DNA from: Octopus vulgaris
Taxonomy: Eukaryota
Length of the DNA stretch: 64,000 nucleotides
Direction: 5' to 3'
Assembly: GCA_951406725.2 (NCBI GenBank)
Contig: OX597831.1
Location: 60,140,001-60,204,000 of the forward strand
In this document: piece by piece, positions 1 to 14,812 of the stretch
How positions within the stretch are numbered: the first letter of the stretch is position 1
How the letters are laid out: every line of letters starts with the position of its first letter
The notes under the pieces: generated by a model
What the model saw: only the letters and a program-made list of their open reading frames with translations
Databases searched by the model: none
What the model was told of the DNA's origin: nothing
Position numbers and translations under genes: made by a program

Positions 1-1218
1 TAAAATGCATACCTGTTAAAATGTCTATCATAAATATAATGTTTCACCTTCCTATGTATAATAATAGTGTATAATCGGGCGTAGATTTAACCAAAACGAA
101 GTCCGTATCTTAGATAAAGTTTATTGACTGTGAAACATTCTGATGATTAATATATTCAAAATAATTCCGCAACTTCAGTTTGTAGAATTATATATCACTT
201 TATTTTATTCTTTCAACAATCATTTTCACACTCTAACAACCATCCAATGCAGTTGTAAAGGGTTCAGTTTTATCATGCTCTCACAAGTAGCTGACTACAG
301 ATTCATGAAAAATTAAATGGTACCTCAGAAAATTTGATTCCACATCAACTTAACCGTATAGTAGTACACTAGATGTAGGTTTACGTAAATTCTTTAAAAT
401 GAAATAAAGAAGAAATGTCTTTCGCTATGCACTAGACATGCAGGAGTCAGTAAAATGTTGAAGAACATCTTTATTTCCCAATGATCACCAGAGTTAAGAT
501 AAAGGAAGAGAAAATAATTTATATCACCGATGTTATGTTACTATTTTTTTAAGTGTCACCGAAACCTACAAGAAATTTAATTAAATGTTCTAGTACAGTA
601 TATTTCTAAATGTTTAGTGCCTTGCAGTTTTTAACACAACTATTTAGGAGATTCGTAATTTTACAATTCTCCTAAAGGATTATTTCTACAAGTTTCACTG
701 GGTCACACAAGAGGATTCGTAGGATTTACATAGTTTAATGTTATCTACATTCGCCTCTTAAAAATAGCTCAATCCACATGTTAGTTGTCTACACCATTTC
801 AGCTTAGTTTTATGAGAAGTTATCCTTTCAAGTGAAATGTAACACTATGAAAATGATTAAGTTTTTTTAATATAAATATATAACTGTTACTCTTACAAAC
901 GATTCAAACCCATTGCCTATGTCAGATGCATGGAGAAATTGTCAAGACGTTAATGGCAATTATACAGTTGAAATTTGACGTTTCACATCAAAACATTTAT
1001 ATGTGTATTTAATACAGTTCTACGAAAGTGAAATTTGGGATGTGTCCAAACACGAGAATTTTACAAATTAGTATTTGTACAAACATACACACACACGCAT
1101 ACATACATACAATTATACACACATACTTACACACACCCACACACATATATTGTATTTCGGAATGTTATTTTGTCAAATACACACACGCACTATATATTTG
1201 TTCTTCACTCATTTATTT

Positions 1219-1271
<53 letters not shown>

Positions 1272-1332
1272 GTTGCTGCTGCTGCTACTACTGCTACTAC
1301 TACTACTACTACTATAACTCCTCCTCCTCCTC

Positions 1333-1392
<60 letters not shown>

Positions 1393-1415
1393 ATAATAAT
1401 AATAATAATAATAAT

Positions 1416-1477
<62 letters not shown>

Positions 1478-1485
1478 GCAATAAT
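1219..1485. repeat. Compound (ACT)n/(GCT)n/(CCT)n/(TAA)n microsatellite
   Basis: Trinucleotide arrays seen directly; they explain the homopolymeric ORFs in the track. Confidence 0.97.
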
Positions 1486-2872
1486 GATAAAGCTGACATG
1501 CTGACCATATATGCAGTGCGTCTGTGTGGGAAAATATGGCCATCATGTTTTAACACATGAATTCAGATGAAGAATTTTGCAAAACAAATACATATAGGCA
1601 TTGCACAATGTTATATATCCCCACTCGTTTCACAATCTTCATATTGAGCTCTTTTGTATCATGTACCTGTAGTCGCTTAATGTTAAATATTACTTTGAAG
1701 ACTTATGATGAATATCAGTATATAATTCTATACAAGTACAAACAACATAGCCGCCTATATCGTAGGGGATATTTAAATATTTCTATGATGATTTCTTTTT
1801 CATAAACTTCTCAATTGTCCACACAAATAATGTTCTGCTTTCACGTGTATTCAATCATCTGAATAGAACGATTTACTTGTGAAATCCCGTATTGACCGAG
1901 TGTATATATCGTATTATGTTTACAGTATTAAAATGCACGACCAAAGTTGTAGTTATTGCAACTGCAAGTTCGCAATTGCTGATATCCACAAATTCACCTC
2001 TTACAATAGGACACACACACACACATATACACGCATACACAGAGGCAGCACTTGTGTTTTACATGCACATCTCCCGGGAGAAATGAGTGTTAGTATATTA
2101 GATGGCGAGTTGCTGGTAAGTTGGAAATGCTACAATATAACCTGTAAGCACTGCAGAAATAAAGTTCTATAACAAACGATTATTTTTAAATTTTGTTAAA
2201 ATGTTATGTACAATCGATCATAATGAAAGAATATATGTTGTTAATTCTTGAAGTATATTTGTCCAGGAACGTTTAAAAAAATGATACCTGCGCTCTCTAA
2301 GAAATATAGTCATAACCAAACACGAATTTTTGCAGTATAACATTGCAAGTACCGTTTAATGTACTTTTATCCTTTAAGGTTGATTCTTATGCATGATGTT
2401 TAAGCATATTTAACTGCTAACATTTGCAGGCTGCACGATCACGTAAATGCACCTTTTCACCTTGTTTTCTATGGTGATTGTGGAGTAGATGCAAAGTTTC
2501 TCGGGTAAATAATCTCAGCATTTCGTTGCATTACTTTATAACCACAGCTGGAGAAACGTAAGAGAGCATTTTACATTTAATGGTTTCAGTAACGCTTACA
2601 TATATTGTCGATATATAATTTACTCCGCTTACATCTTCAACATGAATGGATTTTCTTTCAGAAGTAAAGAATACATATGCTTTTCATTCTTAGATTCAAG
2701 ATGAATTCCACAATGAAGTACATGTGAATATATGTAGGATCTACTAATGATGTTGTATACGCAAAAATGTTTCCTGGCTGTGAGAGATATATTCGTAATT
2801 ATTTTAAGAATGAGTACTTACCATTCGTATTTTACCATGAAAGCCATTATATAGGGAACAATTTATTGTTGA

Positions 2873-3236
2873 CTAGCACTATCACCCGGCAACGCTGGGT
2901 CATAGTGCTAGTGCTTGTATATACAGCTGTGTGCGTGCGCACATACACGCGAGTACTGTCCAATTCTCAGACCAATCACATACAGCTAGCTGGCATTCAA
3001 TTGGCGTATCAAGTTTCGGGCATTTTGATTTGGTTTTGGATAGAAAATTCACAAAAAAGTCACTTCTGTTGATTTTTTAATGGCTTTGCGGAGGGACTGG
3101 GGAAATATAAAGATGTGCACGATCACCCTTAAACAATTTTAAATGACCATAGATAGTGCGAACCCTCTAACTGAAACATTGTGGATTTGTATAAAGGACA
3201 CACACACATACATTTTGCTGTTTATATATAGAGAGA
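2873..3236 (-). mobile_element. Non-autonomous Helitron
   Basis: On minus: A|TCTCTCTATATATAAACAGC 5' end, 3' GC hairpin (ACCCAGCGTTGCCGGGT) then CTAG|T; inserted between A and T with no TSD; termini resemble 24557-24992. Confidence 0.75.
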
Positions 3237-4061
3237 TAAATCAATATATAGCAACATTTAAGAGCATAGAGTATTTGCTTAGGAACTAGCTGTGTATATA
3301 TGAAATTTATAACTTTATAAATATTACAGCCCGAATAATTTAAGAAAATGTGGTCATATGGCTTTGATAACTGGATTATTATTCGAACGTACGTCTCCGA
3401 ATGAATTCGGAGGAAAAGCAAGCTAAGAAATTATTCAGTGATATTTATGCCTGAATAAACATTAATTGCAGTTATCGCAGTGATTTTTCAAAAATATGTA
3501 CATAACTGTGGTCAATTAAGAAATAAATACAAAGTAGTCGATAATGCTCTAATAATACTACAGAATCAAACCAATAGACGATCGAGTAATTATAACATAT
3601 GGAAGCTCAAAATAAATTATAACTGTAGAGTATAGATAAACAAATGACACAATGGAATCAGATTCAAGTGTTAGTTATTCGTTTTGTAACCTTATGTTAA
3701 CATTTATTCATGTTTTCTTACAAGGAATGACGATACGTCGCTGGTTTCATACTTCTACATGAGTAATCTTTCCTCGAGTGAATCTGTAGCCTTGAGAATG
3801 CTGCAGAAATTCGTATTTACTCCAAAATGTTATTCCGAAAGTATTGGTCACAGTAACATTAAGACAGAAAAATCGACCCGTCTGCAACAGAACATTTTCG
3901 ACTTCGAAAATTGACACTACGAATAATTCAAGTGCAGCAATTTCTCTTGTGAAATATAAAGGGTTTTTGCAGCAACACAGAAACGAATTACAATGCCTTT
4001 AATTAGCAACCAAAATCAGATCCCATCAAGCCGCTTATGTCTTATCATCTATGCCGCTCTT

Positions 4062-4145
4062 TATATATATGTATATATATATACATATATATTTACAGAA
4101 TGCATTTATATATATGTATATATATTTATATATATGCATATATAT

Positions 4146-4225
<80 letters not shown>
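4062..4225. repeat. (TA)n-rich microsatellite (one of many: also ~10893, 11078, 14730, 15040, 17320, 24080, 24385, 27000, 30000, 49440, 55558, 57430-57690, 59520)
   Basis: Dinucleotide arrays seen directly. Confidence 0.97.
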
Positions 4226-4226
<1 letters not shown>

Positions 4227-7200
4227 GAATGTATTTCTTTCCCCTCTACCGCAATGTATTAGGCTAAAGATTTCCTTTCTAAACCCATTTCTTATAACAT
4301 CATTCTACTCTCTCGAACAGTTCTTCATTCATTTTAGAATGTTGCTTTTATCATTCTTTGAAACTGATTGTTTCATTAAATTGATGAAACATCCATTAAG
4401 CCACTTATTTTCTTTTCTAAGAACGTTCAGACTGAAATCGAATGTTTAAAAGTACCGCGAATGTTAAATAGAGAGAACTACACTTAACAATATACAATAT
4501 TCAATTCAGGAAACCTGCTGTAGTATATCAATAAAAGAACAAAGATCGTTTGAAAACAGGCATTTTCAGGAATAACAAAGCTGCCATCATAAAGCTTTTC
4601 CTCCTTCATCTATTTATTGCCATAGGCCAAAATAAATACTTATCTTTACATTAGAATTCAAAGCAAGATTCCAAAGTTTTGTTTTGCTTCAGTTAACTGA
4701 TATCTATCTGATTAGGTTGGAGAGCTTCCATCATGATTAACAGCACTTTCAGTTAATCTCTTTCCCAAGCTATACCTAAGAATCAGCAGCACTGTAAGTA
4801 GAAATTCACCAAATAACTAAGAACTGTTCAATGTCATTGAGATTTAATGCAAAATTTCGCTCATTTTTCATCCCTTGCTGTATTGATTCGGACTATTGTT
4901 GGTAAATAAATTGTGTTGAATAAATGTCTGCGCAGTATTGTTTGTAGCTACTATCGGTACCTTAATTCCTTTAAATGATTTTTACTTTTTTTTTTTCTGT
5001 TGCAACTTCAAAAGCGACTTAAACGTGTTTCATTTGAAGTTATTTCTCTTCTCACAATAAACGCATTTTCTTTTTCTACATTTTGGGAACGAAATCTCTA
5101 ACATTATCTCATATTATTTCACAACTATTTCTCTGCTTAGACTGATTTAACACCACCTCCGACATATTTACTAAGTTTATATGAAATAAAATTCTGTACC
5201 GTGTATATATATTGATTTTTATGTATTTCGTTTTATCTACAACAATAAATTCTAACATTTTAGAATATGTCTAACATGAAAACTTGTCCTTACATAAGTT
5301 CTAGATCCTGCATTTTCATGCCTTTCAATTATACTGATATTGATTCTGATATTAAAAATCGTTTAAAGACAACAGTATACCACTATATGCTTCTTTATAT
5401 ACTGATTTGCAACCCGAATTTCTGTATTTTAAAGTAATACTTTTTAGCGGACTCTTTGATATTTCTTATGAATGTGTCGGAGTGATTGAACATAGGGAAT
5501 AATTTTAATGAATGCTTTCTTCCTTCATTTCAATAACCAAAACCATGGCTTATATTATTGAAAAAACTTTGAGCAAAGTATGGATAATAAAACGACTGTA
5601 TAATTGTAAAATAGGTAGTATTACTGATATTGTAACAATTACCATTTCTAAGTGATTATGCGTTATTATGTTACCACAGGCATTGCTATTTAACAATAAA
5701 CCTCTGGCTTTTAATTGCCTTTGAAAGTAATTATAGACATCACTCTTCTATATCAATTGTGTACTTGTTCGTCCTAAATAGAGAACGATACACTCGTTTT
5801 CACATATAAATTACCAAGGCAAAAGAGCCTTTTATATTCTGTGAAGGCGTTAAAACTATATTATAACACGTTTGCATGGATATCTATGCAAAATGATATA
5901 ATTCAAAATTAAAGTTCATAAGGCTCGAAATTAATATACGAATATAAATACTAATGCAATTTCATATTTTTAGTAAGTTAAGTGAAATGAAAGAAAAATG
6001 TAACTAAATGATGGTAGGTCACATTAGTTGTTAGTTTCAACAATTCAAGAATAATTGCATGTAGCTCTTACACAATTATATAAATATAAATGACAAAATG
6101 GCAAATGAATATACACAGAGCTAGATAAGATGCTTAGATTATATAATGCACATTTATTATATTCATCGTGAATAAATTCAATAACATTAGATTTAATTTA
6201 TCTCTGTTTAATTACGAACTGTTTAATTACATTCATACCTGAAGTAAAAAAAAATATCCTTTTCGGTTGATTTAAAAAAACTTAAATAAAATTATACTTT
6301 TGTTAATAAACTCAAATAATAAGCAGCACTCGGTGATACTCTTCCCCTATCTTCCAGAAATCACTTGGAGATGGTTGTCTCTTCACAAATTACAAAGTAA
6401 AAATATCTTTATGTATATCCACGTAAGTGCAGATGTGTATGTATGTATGGGTGTGTGCTTGTATGTGTGACCATATGAAGTGTTGTCTCTTATTTTCTCT
6501 CACTGAATATATTCGAGCCGCGACCGCAGACATTCGTTTTTTATATAGTGAAATGAGTGAAATTTGTGCAGGTGTTCATGTTGCTTCCCATAAATATATA
6601 GTTGCCTGCGTTTTTTATTGAAATGCAAACCACGTCGGAATATGCAATCTTTTCGCTTTCTATAACTTCTCAACATTCCCGACTGGATTTGGAATGATAT
6701 CCAGACCGTTCCTCTACCTTTTCAACGATGGAGTCATTAATATGATATTAATGCCACATGGTGTTCATTAATATGATATAAATACTAGATATTGTCATTA
6801 ATATCATATTAATATTTCTCCTGCTATTTTATAATATGCAGCCAGAACTTCGAGTAGATTTGAGTGATCACATTAGACTAAATCTCTGCAGACTGGGCTA
6901 CAGAGACGTCTCTATCTCTAAGTGGAATATTCATGTCGAAAGGAATATGCATTTTATCCCTTCATCTCTAATACAAGTCTCTTTCAGTTCTGCCAATTTT
7001 AAATGGATTCAAGAGTTGGAAAGAAATTAGCGAAGGATATGATTATGACACCAGTTATTATACCACTTATTATATGAATGTTGCATCCCAGATCTTGTCA
7101 AATGTGCCCTTGAAACTTAGTTGCTGTAAATCAACTAACACCGTATCAGAAACCTTTCGTTTGATATCCCTTCTTAGTATTTCTCTTAGCTTCTGTCAAC

Positions 7201-8840
7201 GTTTCTGTTAGCATATGTTGATCGTAGATACAAGGGAAATACGTAGTCTTCTTACATGTGAATGTTTTCTGTTATTGTGTGCTGATCACCCACGATACTT
7301 TGTTCTCATAGATATGTCCTCCATATATAATTTTGATGATTTGCCTAGTAAACATCCATGTTGTTCCTTTCGTGATATTAATTTTGTTTATGTATCTTTG
7401 CAGAAACCTGTAGTAAGTTAGAAGCAAGTGAAGTGACAGTGAATATATCATATTTGTCTTGAGCTTAGAAGAATTTAGTGAATGTTAAATTACATTCTGT
7501 GAGTAATCTATGGACAGCTTTGCTGTAGGGAATACAATTTCCATTGGAATCGCTTCTGCCGCTGGTATTCTATATAATGGGGTCAATGACCTGTCGAAAA
7601 TTGCACTTCCTCTTTATGTAGACTTTGTCAGTAAATGGCACTACCATAAAAATATACATAAAAGCTTGTTATAATCGTTATTTATCATCAACACTTACAT
7701 CGGATGTTGGTGCATTAACATGCAGTATAGAGGGATTATTCTTATAGAAGCATATTATGAACTGATAGGATTTTTTGTTGTTGATTATATGTGTGGGCCC
7801 ATTGTACAGATCTCTTAACAGCTTCGATTTTAATGCAAATCCATCGTATAAAAATTCTATTCGTCTAGAGATTTGATTTTTCAGAATACAGTGTAACTGA
7901 AACCAGATTCTCAAAATTCTATGTCTGCTTGTCTGCGATATCTGCATTAAATTTGCTAGTTTTATATAGATTACTTTACTGAATCATTCTGGCATACATA
8001 TGATTCCTGTATTCCATGGAACCGTGACTCTCTGCAATGATTGGGATGACTGTTGCAAATACTTACGGATACCCTACAAATTCCATCCCTTTATTTCAAG
8101 CAATTGGACGCTAAAGTTATTTGATTATCGTTGGTTAATACTTCCTCGTCACGGCTAAGGCTTCTCTTACTAAATACGCAGGATACGTCAACAATCGAAT
8201 ATTGATCTTGATTGAGTCTCAGAGTCAATTCCCCATAAAGTCAAAATTTGCAGAATCACTGCCCAAAATATCTAACAATTGTAATGCTATTTACGTGACG
8301 AAAGGATATATGTACGATAAAATAGATATTGTACTAGTAACCTCTGTGTTGGTACCTGTAGAAAAACTCACTGAGCTTCATGAATAATTACAGTATACTT
8401 AATTCTGTGAAAGCTATTCCATTTACAGATACTGCCATTATAAATGCCTTCCAAGAATTTATTAAGACCTGCAAATTGTTCTACTGTGAGCTATTCGGTC
8501 ATAGAAAGAATTTTGAAGGTGCAACGGTGCAATTATAAAATATCTTCGACTTAAATATGATGAAATAACGCAGAATGGCGTTTAATGTGGCATAAATACA
8601 ACAGCCGCTTCAAAGTTGATATACATTAAAAATATAAAAATATCATAAAATAAACATGTATTGCATGAATCGTCATTAATCAACTTACACAGTAGTTGAG
8701 GATACTATCAATTAAACCTATATTGAAACGTTCAAATAACCAAATGTACAAATAAACTGAAACAGCAACAGGTAACAATTACCGCATTTGTTATAAAAGG
8801 TAAACAGTAATGTAAAAGAAAGTCCTAAATTTGTTACGTA

Positions 8841-10133
8841 TCAGGTCATCCCATACGTTCTGTCCGATTTTAATTTTTTTTTAAATTGAATGAAATTTGA
8901 TAGTATTTTAGAATGTCTAATGGAATTAAATATTATATTTAAGCATTTGTGTACATTTAAACTAATTGAATATTATTTTACAGAATAATAGAATTAAAAT
9001 TTCTTTGATAAAATCCCTTTCTAACATGGAAGAATCCAAAGAGTATTTGAGGCACATAATGATTTATGAGTACAAAAAAGGAAACTCAGCAGCCGAAGCA
9101 ACTCGAAACATGTACAGTCAATTTATGGGAAAGAATACTTGAATGAAAGAACTTGCAGAAGATGGTTTGCAAAATTCAGTTGTGGAGATTTCAGCCTTGA
9201 AGATGAAAATCGAACAGGAGGCCCAGTTGAGTTTGATGATAAGCTTCCTGAGGCATCACTTGAAGAAAATCCTGCATTATCAGTTGAGCAGGTGGCTATA
9301 AAGTTTAGTTCAAATCATACAACTGTTCATCGTCACCTTCAACAACTGGGAAAGGTTCCTAAACTCGGAAAATGGGTGCCTCATGAATTATCCAAAATCA
9401 ACCGCAAATCCCGAGTTGAAATCTGCTATTTTCTCCATACTCACTAACTCATTTCACCGTCGTTGGATAGACTTGTGACTTGTGACGAAAAATGGATCTT
9501 CTATCGAAATGTTAAACGTAAAAAATGGATTGGTAAAAGGGAAAAAGCTCAACTACAACTGAGAAGGGAACTTCATGGGGAAAAGGCTCTTCTCTCTATC
9601 TGGTGGGATTGCAAAGGAGTAATTCACTTTGAATTGTTAGCACCTAATGCAACAATCAATGCTCATGTCTACTGTCAGCAATTAGAGCGTTTGAACCAAG
9701 CTTTGAAAAACAAAAGATCCGCATTAGTGAATCGAAAAGGGGTGATGTTTCATCAGGACAATGCGCATCCCCACACAGCAAGGATCACATTACAGAAGAT
9801 CGAAGGGCTTGGTTGCAAAAACATTCCTCATACACCTTATTCTTCCGAGCTTGCTTCTTCAGACTACGATTTGTTTCACAGTTTATAGAATCATTTGATG
9901 GACATAACTTTTGCAAACCAGGAGGATATCGAAACTGACATTTCATAGTTCTTCGCTTTGAAACCCAAAGAATTTTACATTGATGGGATTAAAAAGCTTG
10001 TAAATAGATGGAAAGAAGTCATAGATAATCAGGGAAAGTACATTGATGATTAACTTTCAATTAAATATAACATTTGATCACTTGTTTTCTTTATTCAAAA
10101 TTCGAAGAAAAGAGAACTTATGGGATGACCTGA
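8841..10133 (+). mobile_element. Full-length (1293 bp) mariner DNA transposon, inactive
   Basis: TIRs TCAGGTCATCCCATACGTTC (8841) / GAACTTATGGGATGACCTGA (to 10133), 19/20 match; TA on both flanks; typical mariner size. Confidence 0.95.
9026..10053 (+). pseudogene. mariner DD34D transposase pseudogene (frameshifts and stops)
   Basis: MEESKEYLRHIMIYEYKKGNSAAEATRN N-terminus, WVPHEL, TCDEKW, FHQDNAHPH, PYSSELASSDY (cf. YSPDLAPSDY), ends ...GKYIDD*; split into ORFs 9139-9447 and 9463-9888. Confidence 0.93.
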
Positions 10134-10494
10134 TAATTCAAATCGTATTTATTGATAGAATATCTCATCTTCTATAGATAGGCAGTACTGAATAACATAT
10201 CAATCATAAGCAACATACAGGTGACACATTTGAATCCCCCCATCGAAATCTCTTTGAAAATGTTCAAGCGTGTATTTCTTCACTTAATTGCAGTTTATTG
10301 CAGTGTATACTATCAAAGGCTTGGTCATAAAAACTGTTTCTCATTGGCCCGATTAAGTAGAGGGCAAACAGTGCTAAAATAGAGCTGTATGTTTGAAGTG
10401 AGGAGAAATGATTTGCCAGATTTCCTTTTAATCGTATTTAATAATAAATAATGTACTTGGTTGTTAAATATACTTTTTGTTTTCGCTTTAAGAT

Positions 10495-10690
10495 CAGTGA
10501 GGAAGGTGAATCCTCTGCGCCGAAGAAAATTCTTAGTAAGATTTCGTACATCTTTACGTTTTGTGTTCAAATTCCTCCGAGGTAGATTTGCCTTTTGTCT
10601 TTTCAGGGTTTCTGATATAATTACAAATGAAGTAACAGGGTCGACGTAATCGATATATTCCCACCAACCACTCAATAACAGCTGTTCTTG
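10495..10690 (+). mobile_element. Degenerate tRNA-derived SINE (family A)
   Basis: Similar to the 23677 and 13911 copies (GTTCAAATTCC.CCGAGGT.GA.TTTGCC...GGGTCGA.GTAATCGA). Confidence 0.6.
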
Positions 10691-10887
10691 CATTAAAACA
10701 GAAATGAAACAATTATTATGGAACTGTTAAGTCATTTTCATATAATTGTCTTCTGATCCTTCTAATGTGTCTTCAAGTTCTTACGTCTTGGAGAATAGGT
10801 GTGTTGCAAATGCTAGAATTGCGTGTACGTGGGCATAATAGATAAATCAATAGGTAGATAAGATACATAGATATTTATTGTTCATAA

Positions 10888-10944
<57 letters not shown>

Positions 10945-10950
<6 letters not shown>

Positions 10951-11075
10951 AAATTAGAGATAAAACCACTATTAGGCAAATCAAACAATGAAAAACATAA
11001 GCCAATACATAAAATTAATTTAATTTATATTATTTTAAATATATCAAAAGTATTAAAAGTTTAATAAAAGATAAA
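10945..11075 (-). mobile_element. Short PLE pLTR-tail-like fragment in (TA)n
   Basis: TTAGAGATAAAACCACTATTAGGCAAATC...GCCAATACAT; reverse complement at 14640-14727; related sequence at 14875-14940 is linked to a hammerhead. Confidence 0.55.
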
Positions 11076-11089
11076 TATTATATATATAT

Positions 11090-11202
<113 letters not shown>

Positions 11203-12340
11203 CATATATTATATATATATGTACATAAATATATACAAGTGTGTTTGTATGTGTATATATATATAGACACACGTGCACATATGCACACACAAATACACAC
11301 AAACATATCCAATGAACCGCAAAAGAAGTGCGAGACCTGTGTGACTGTAAAATATGCTTTAATTGAATTATGTGAGTGATAAATTTTGATGAATGTGATA
11401 AAGACAATGTCATGGATACAGTTTCACCACAGTCTATGGGTCGTTGTCATGTGTTCTAGTTGTGGGCATATCCTGAGCATCGCGAATGTAGGGCATAACA
11501 TGTTCAATACCGTGTATGCTCTACTTGGTTGTTCAAAGCGGCCATACATCGTCGGTACATGGAGTGGATGAAGCGATTCACAAAAGTCCTTGGCACCTTT
11601 GGACACACGCACTGAAGAAATATTCCTCCAGTTCCACACGAGTTAATATGCAGAATGTTTTATAAACATCTACGCGCAGGAATTATATTGCATCACGTAT
11701 GCAATAATGCGTGTTTTTCATTCCTGCATAAATCAGGGAATCATTGGCTGTCAATACATATCGGGCCAATGAGAGTGATATGTCTGAAATAAAGTGTAGA
11801 TTTATAAAACCATGCAGACGAATTGAAACTGTGTAACGCTAACTATTTCTGTGTGTTGGTGTTTATATTTTTAAAAGGGAGAAACGCGTCGCGTTAATCA
11901 CGTAATGCATGATTGGGGTAACAACGATTGTAATAATATACGTCTGAAATATTTCGACTTCTACTTTTCGTAAAATGAATGTTAAAATTAGTAATTTTTT
12001 AGCAGATATTACTTATAAATCAATAAAAATCCACTTTTGTTCAATCGATATAATTAGTAGCTGAAAATATCGCAACTAAGTCGTATATATTTATCAAAAG
12101 ATACGGAGAAGATTAGCGGTATAACATTCCTATTTAAATAGATTAAGAACAATGTTAGTTTATAAAACTTTCTGTAGATACTTAGCAATTTATTATAAAA
12201 ATATCAGTTTTGGAGAGATTTTTTTTAATTAACAAATTCATAATTTTAAAAGCAATTGTAACATAGAAAAATGATAAATAACATTAGCAATGAAGAGAAT
12301 GGATAATAACGTAAATGGCGCATGTTACAAATAAGAACAG

Positions 12341-12542
12341 CAATAATAATAATAATAATAATGATAATAATAATAATAATAATAATAATGATGATGATGA
12401 GGAGGAGGAGGAGGAGGATGATGATGATGACGATGATGATGACGATGATGATGAAGAAGATGATGATGATGATGATAATATTAATAATAATAATAATAAT
12501 AATAATAAAAATAATAAAAATAATAACAAAAACAACAACAAC

Positions 12543-12615
<73 letters not shown>

Positions 12616-12625
12616 GCAGCAGCAA
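12341..12625. repeat. Compound (AAT)n/(GAT)n/(GAG)n microsatellite
   Basis: Arrays seen directly. Confidence 0.96.
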
Positions 12626-13910
12626 CAAGATCATTAATAATACTAATGGAAATGACAAAGATAATGTTCGCTAACAATAATACGAAGAAGGAGAGTAAGA
12701 TGAAGGAAGAGGAGAAGATGCATAGTAATTTCCACATTCAAAACATAGATTGATTAATTGAGATTTATAGTTTATTAGATTGCTATATTGAGGTAATAAA
12801 TCATTATTAAAGCCATTTGCTTTCGTCTCGAGTAGAAAGCACTCTCAGACGAGAAAGTAAATGTTGCTATTCTCACTTTCTCTCGATCTCTCGAACGAGC
12901 TCCTGCCTCCCACTCAATGATCTATCTAAAGGTGTCAGCTATGTAATATATAGCAATAACAAAAATAGAAACCGAAAAGAAGAAAAAAATAAATTAACTT
13001 CGAATAATTATTTTTAAATTATAAGTAAATGAAAAATAAAAAAAATAATGAAATATGAAACAAATTTATAAAACAAAAAGAGAAAAATATAACACATTAC
13101 AATCCGTGAGGCGAATACATGTCTTTCAAAACTGTATATTTTACAACATATTTCATAAAATGCCGTTTAGTTATATGTTGAAAATATAGAGAATTCCCAG
13201 AAATAGACGTGATGGTTCTAATATTCATACAGCTGGTGCTTTGGATGCTTGCTGCTGCGGAGTCTGCTGCGTATGGTGTTAAAGATATTGACGGCGATGA
13301 AATATATTAGCGATGACGACAGCGTTGGAAACGCCGCGCCTGTGATGCCGATTGTGATGAAAGCAATTAAGAGGAGAAGAAATATTGAGAGGTAGTGGAG
13401 AATGTTAAGAATAACAAGTCGTGTAGATGATGGTGATGGAGACGTTGACGATGATAAACCGGAAGGGAAAAAAGAAAGTGGAACACGATGACAAATATAA
13501 TGCTGAAGATATTAATTACGAAGATGTGATTTTGGCAATATTGACGCTGCTGAATGTGCTAGAACTAAAGGGTATTAAATCGAATATTACACAGCAATTT
13601 CACTGATAAAATTGGTTTTAGAATCCTAAATCATGAAGAAATATATATATATGTTTCTTACCAGTCGGTTAGCACTAGGGTTTCAAAGGGGTAATACATC
13701 ACAGTTCGATTACGTAAATCCAAGGTCTTCAGGGATTGTAGTTCTGCAATATGGCAGCTGCTTGTATTTTTTGGAGGAGAATAGACATCCAGTCTGATGT
13801 TGCTAGAAAAAGTTGGCGAAGCGAACCGAGCAACGTCTAAGTGAAAAGTTATGTCCTTTGGCAGGAAATATTACGACTCACAAATTCCATCACCGTCCTA
13901 TAGAAAATAT

Positions 13911-14146
13911 TTTCGTATTTCTTTATTGCCCACAGGGAGCTAAACATAGAGGGGACAAAACAGGAAAGACAAACGGATTAAGTCGATTATATTGACCTCA
14001 GTGCGTAAATGGTACTTATTTGATCGACCCCGAAATGATAAAAGGCGAAGTCGATCTCGGCGGAATTTCAACTCACGACGTAGCGGGAGACGAAATCCTG
14101 CTAAGCACTTCGCCCGGCGTGCTAACGTTTCTGCCAGCTTGCCGCC
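13911..14146 (-). mobile_element. tRNA-derived SINE family A (Nin/Meta-type central domain), full length
   Basis: Minus head AGGCGGCAAGCTGGCAGAAACGTTAGCACG (A box), central TCGACTTCGCCTTT..CA/GGGGTCGAT..AATAAGTACC; 12-bp TSD TATAGAAAATAT at 13899-13910 and 14147-14158. Confidence 0.85.
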
Positions 14147-14639
14147 TATAGAAAATATCCTCTTGTTAGGTGATCAATATCGAATAAGCAATCCTAATAT
14201 AGATGAGGAAATAGGCCCTCACGAAGAACGCAGTACCAGTATATCGTGTACTTAAATCTCGTGCAATATATAGTCACTATTCTTCTATATCTCCGGATCT
14301 CCAGTGCAGCAGCAAATCAACTGATAATTTCATTTGCAAAGCCATGTTACGCGTCCTAATAAAATACAGTAACTCCTTTGAGATTAGAATTGTAATTGTC
14401 ATGAAGTAGAAACGCTTATTTTTTTTTTGTTGAAATGACAGGCAGCCAAGGAAGAGAAAGTAAAGCATGAGTAGGAACATTTATAACAATGTCATGGTAA
14501 CTTGTTTCTTTGCCATTGCCGTGGGCTATATTCCTCGGTGAAGTTTTGATTAAAAACATAACAAACGCCGCACCATCAAATATCTCATATATATATATAT
14601 ATATATATAATTTATCATATTATATTTTGTTATATATTT

Positions 14640-14729
14640 AAATAATATAAATTAAATAATCTCATGTATTGGCTTAAGTTTTTCATTGTATGATTTGCCT
14701 AATAGTGGTTTTATCTCTAATTTAATATA

Positions 14730-14812
<83 letters not shown>

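Noticed and set aside
1028-1556. Poly-Y/T/N/L/S ORFs, and all YIYI, CVCV and IYLS ORFs elsewhere
   Set aside because: Translations of stop-free microsatellites, not genes
10325-10693. 122-aa ORF, and the similar ORFs at 13992, 23596 and 61077
   Set aside because: Antisense translations of SINE family A copies
13676-13736. CTGAAGA...GAAA on the minus strand as a hammerhead
   Set aside because: No stem I or stem II pairing
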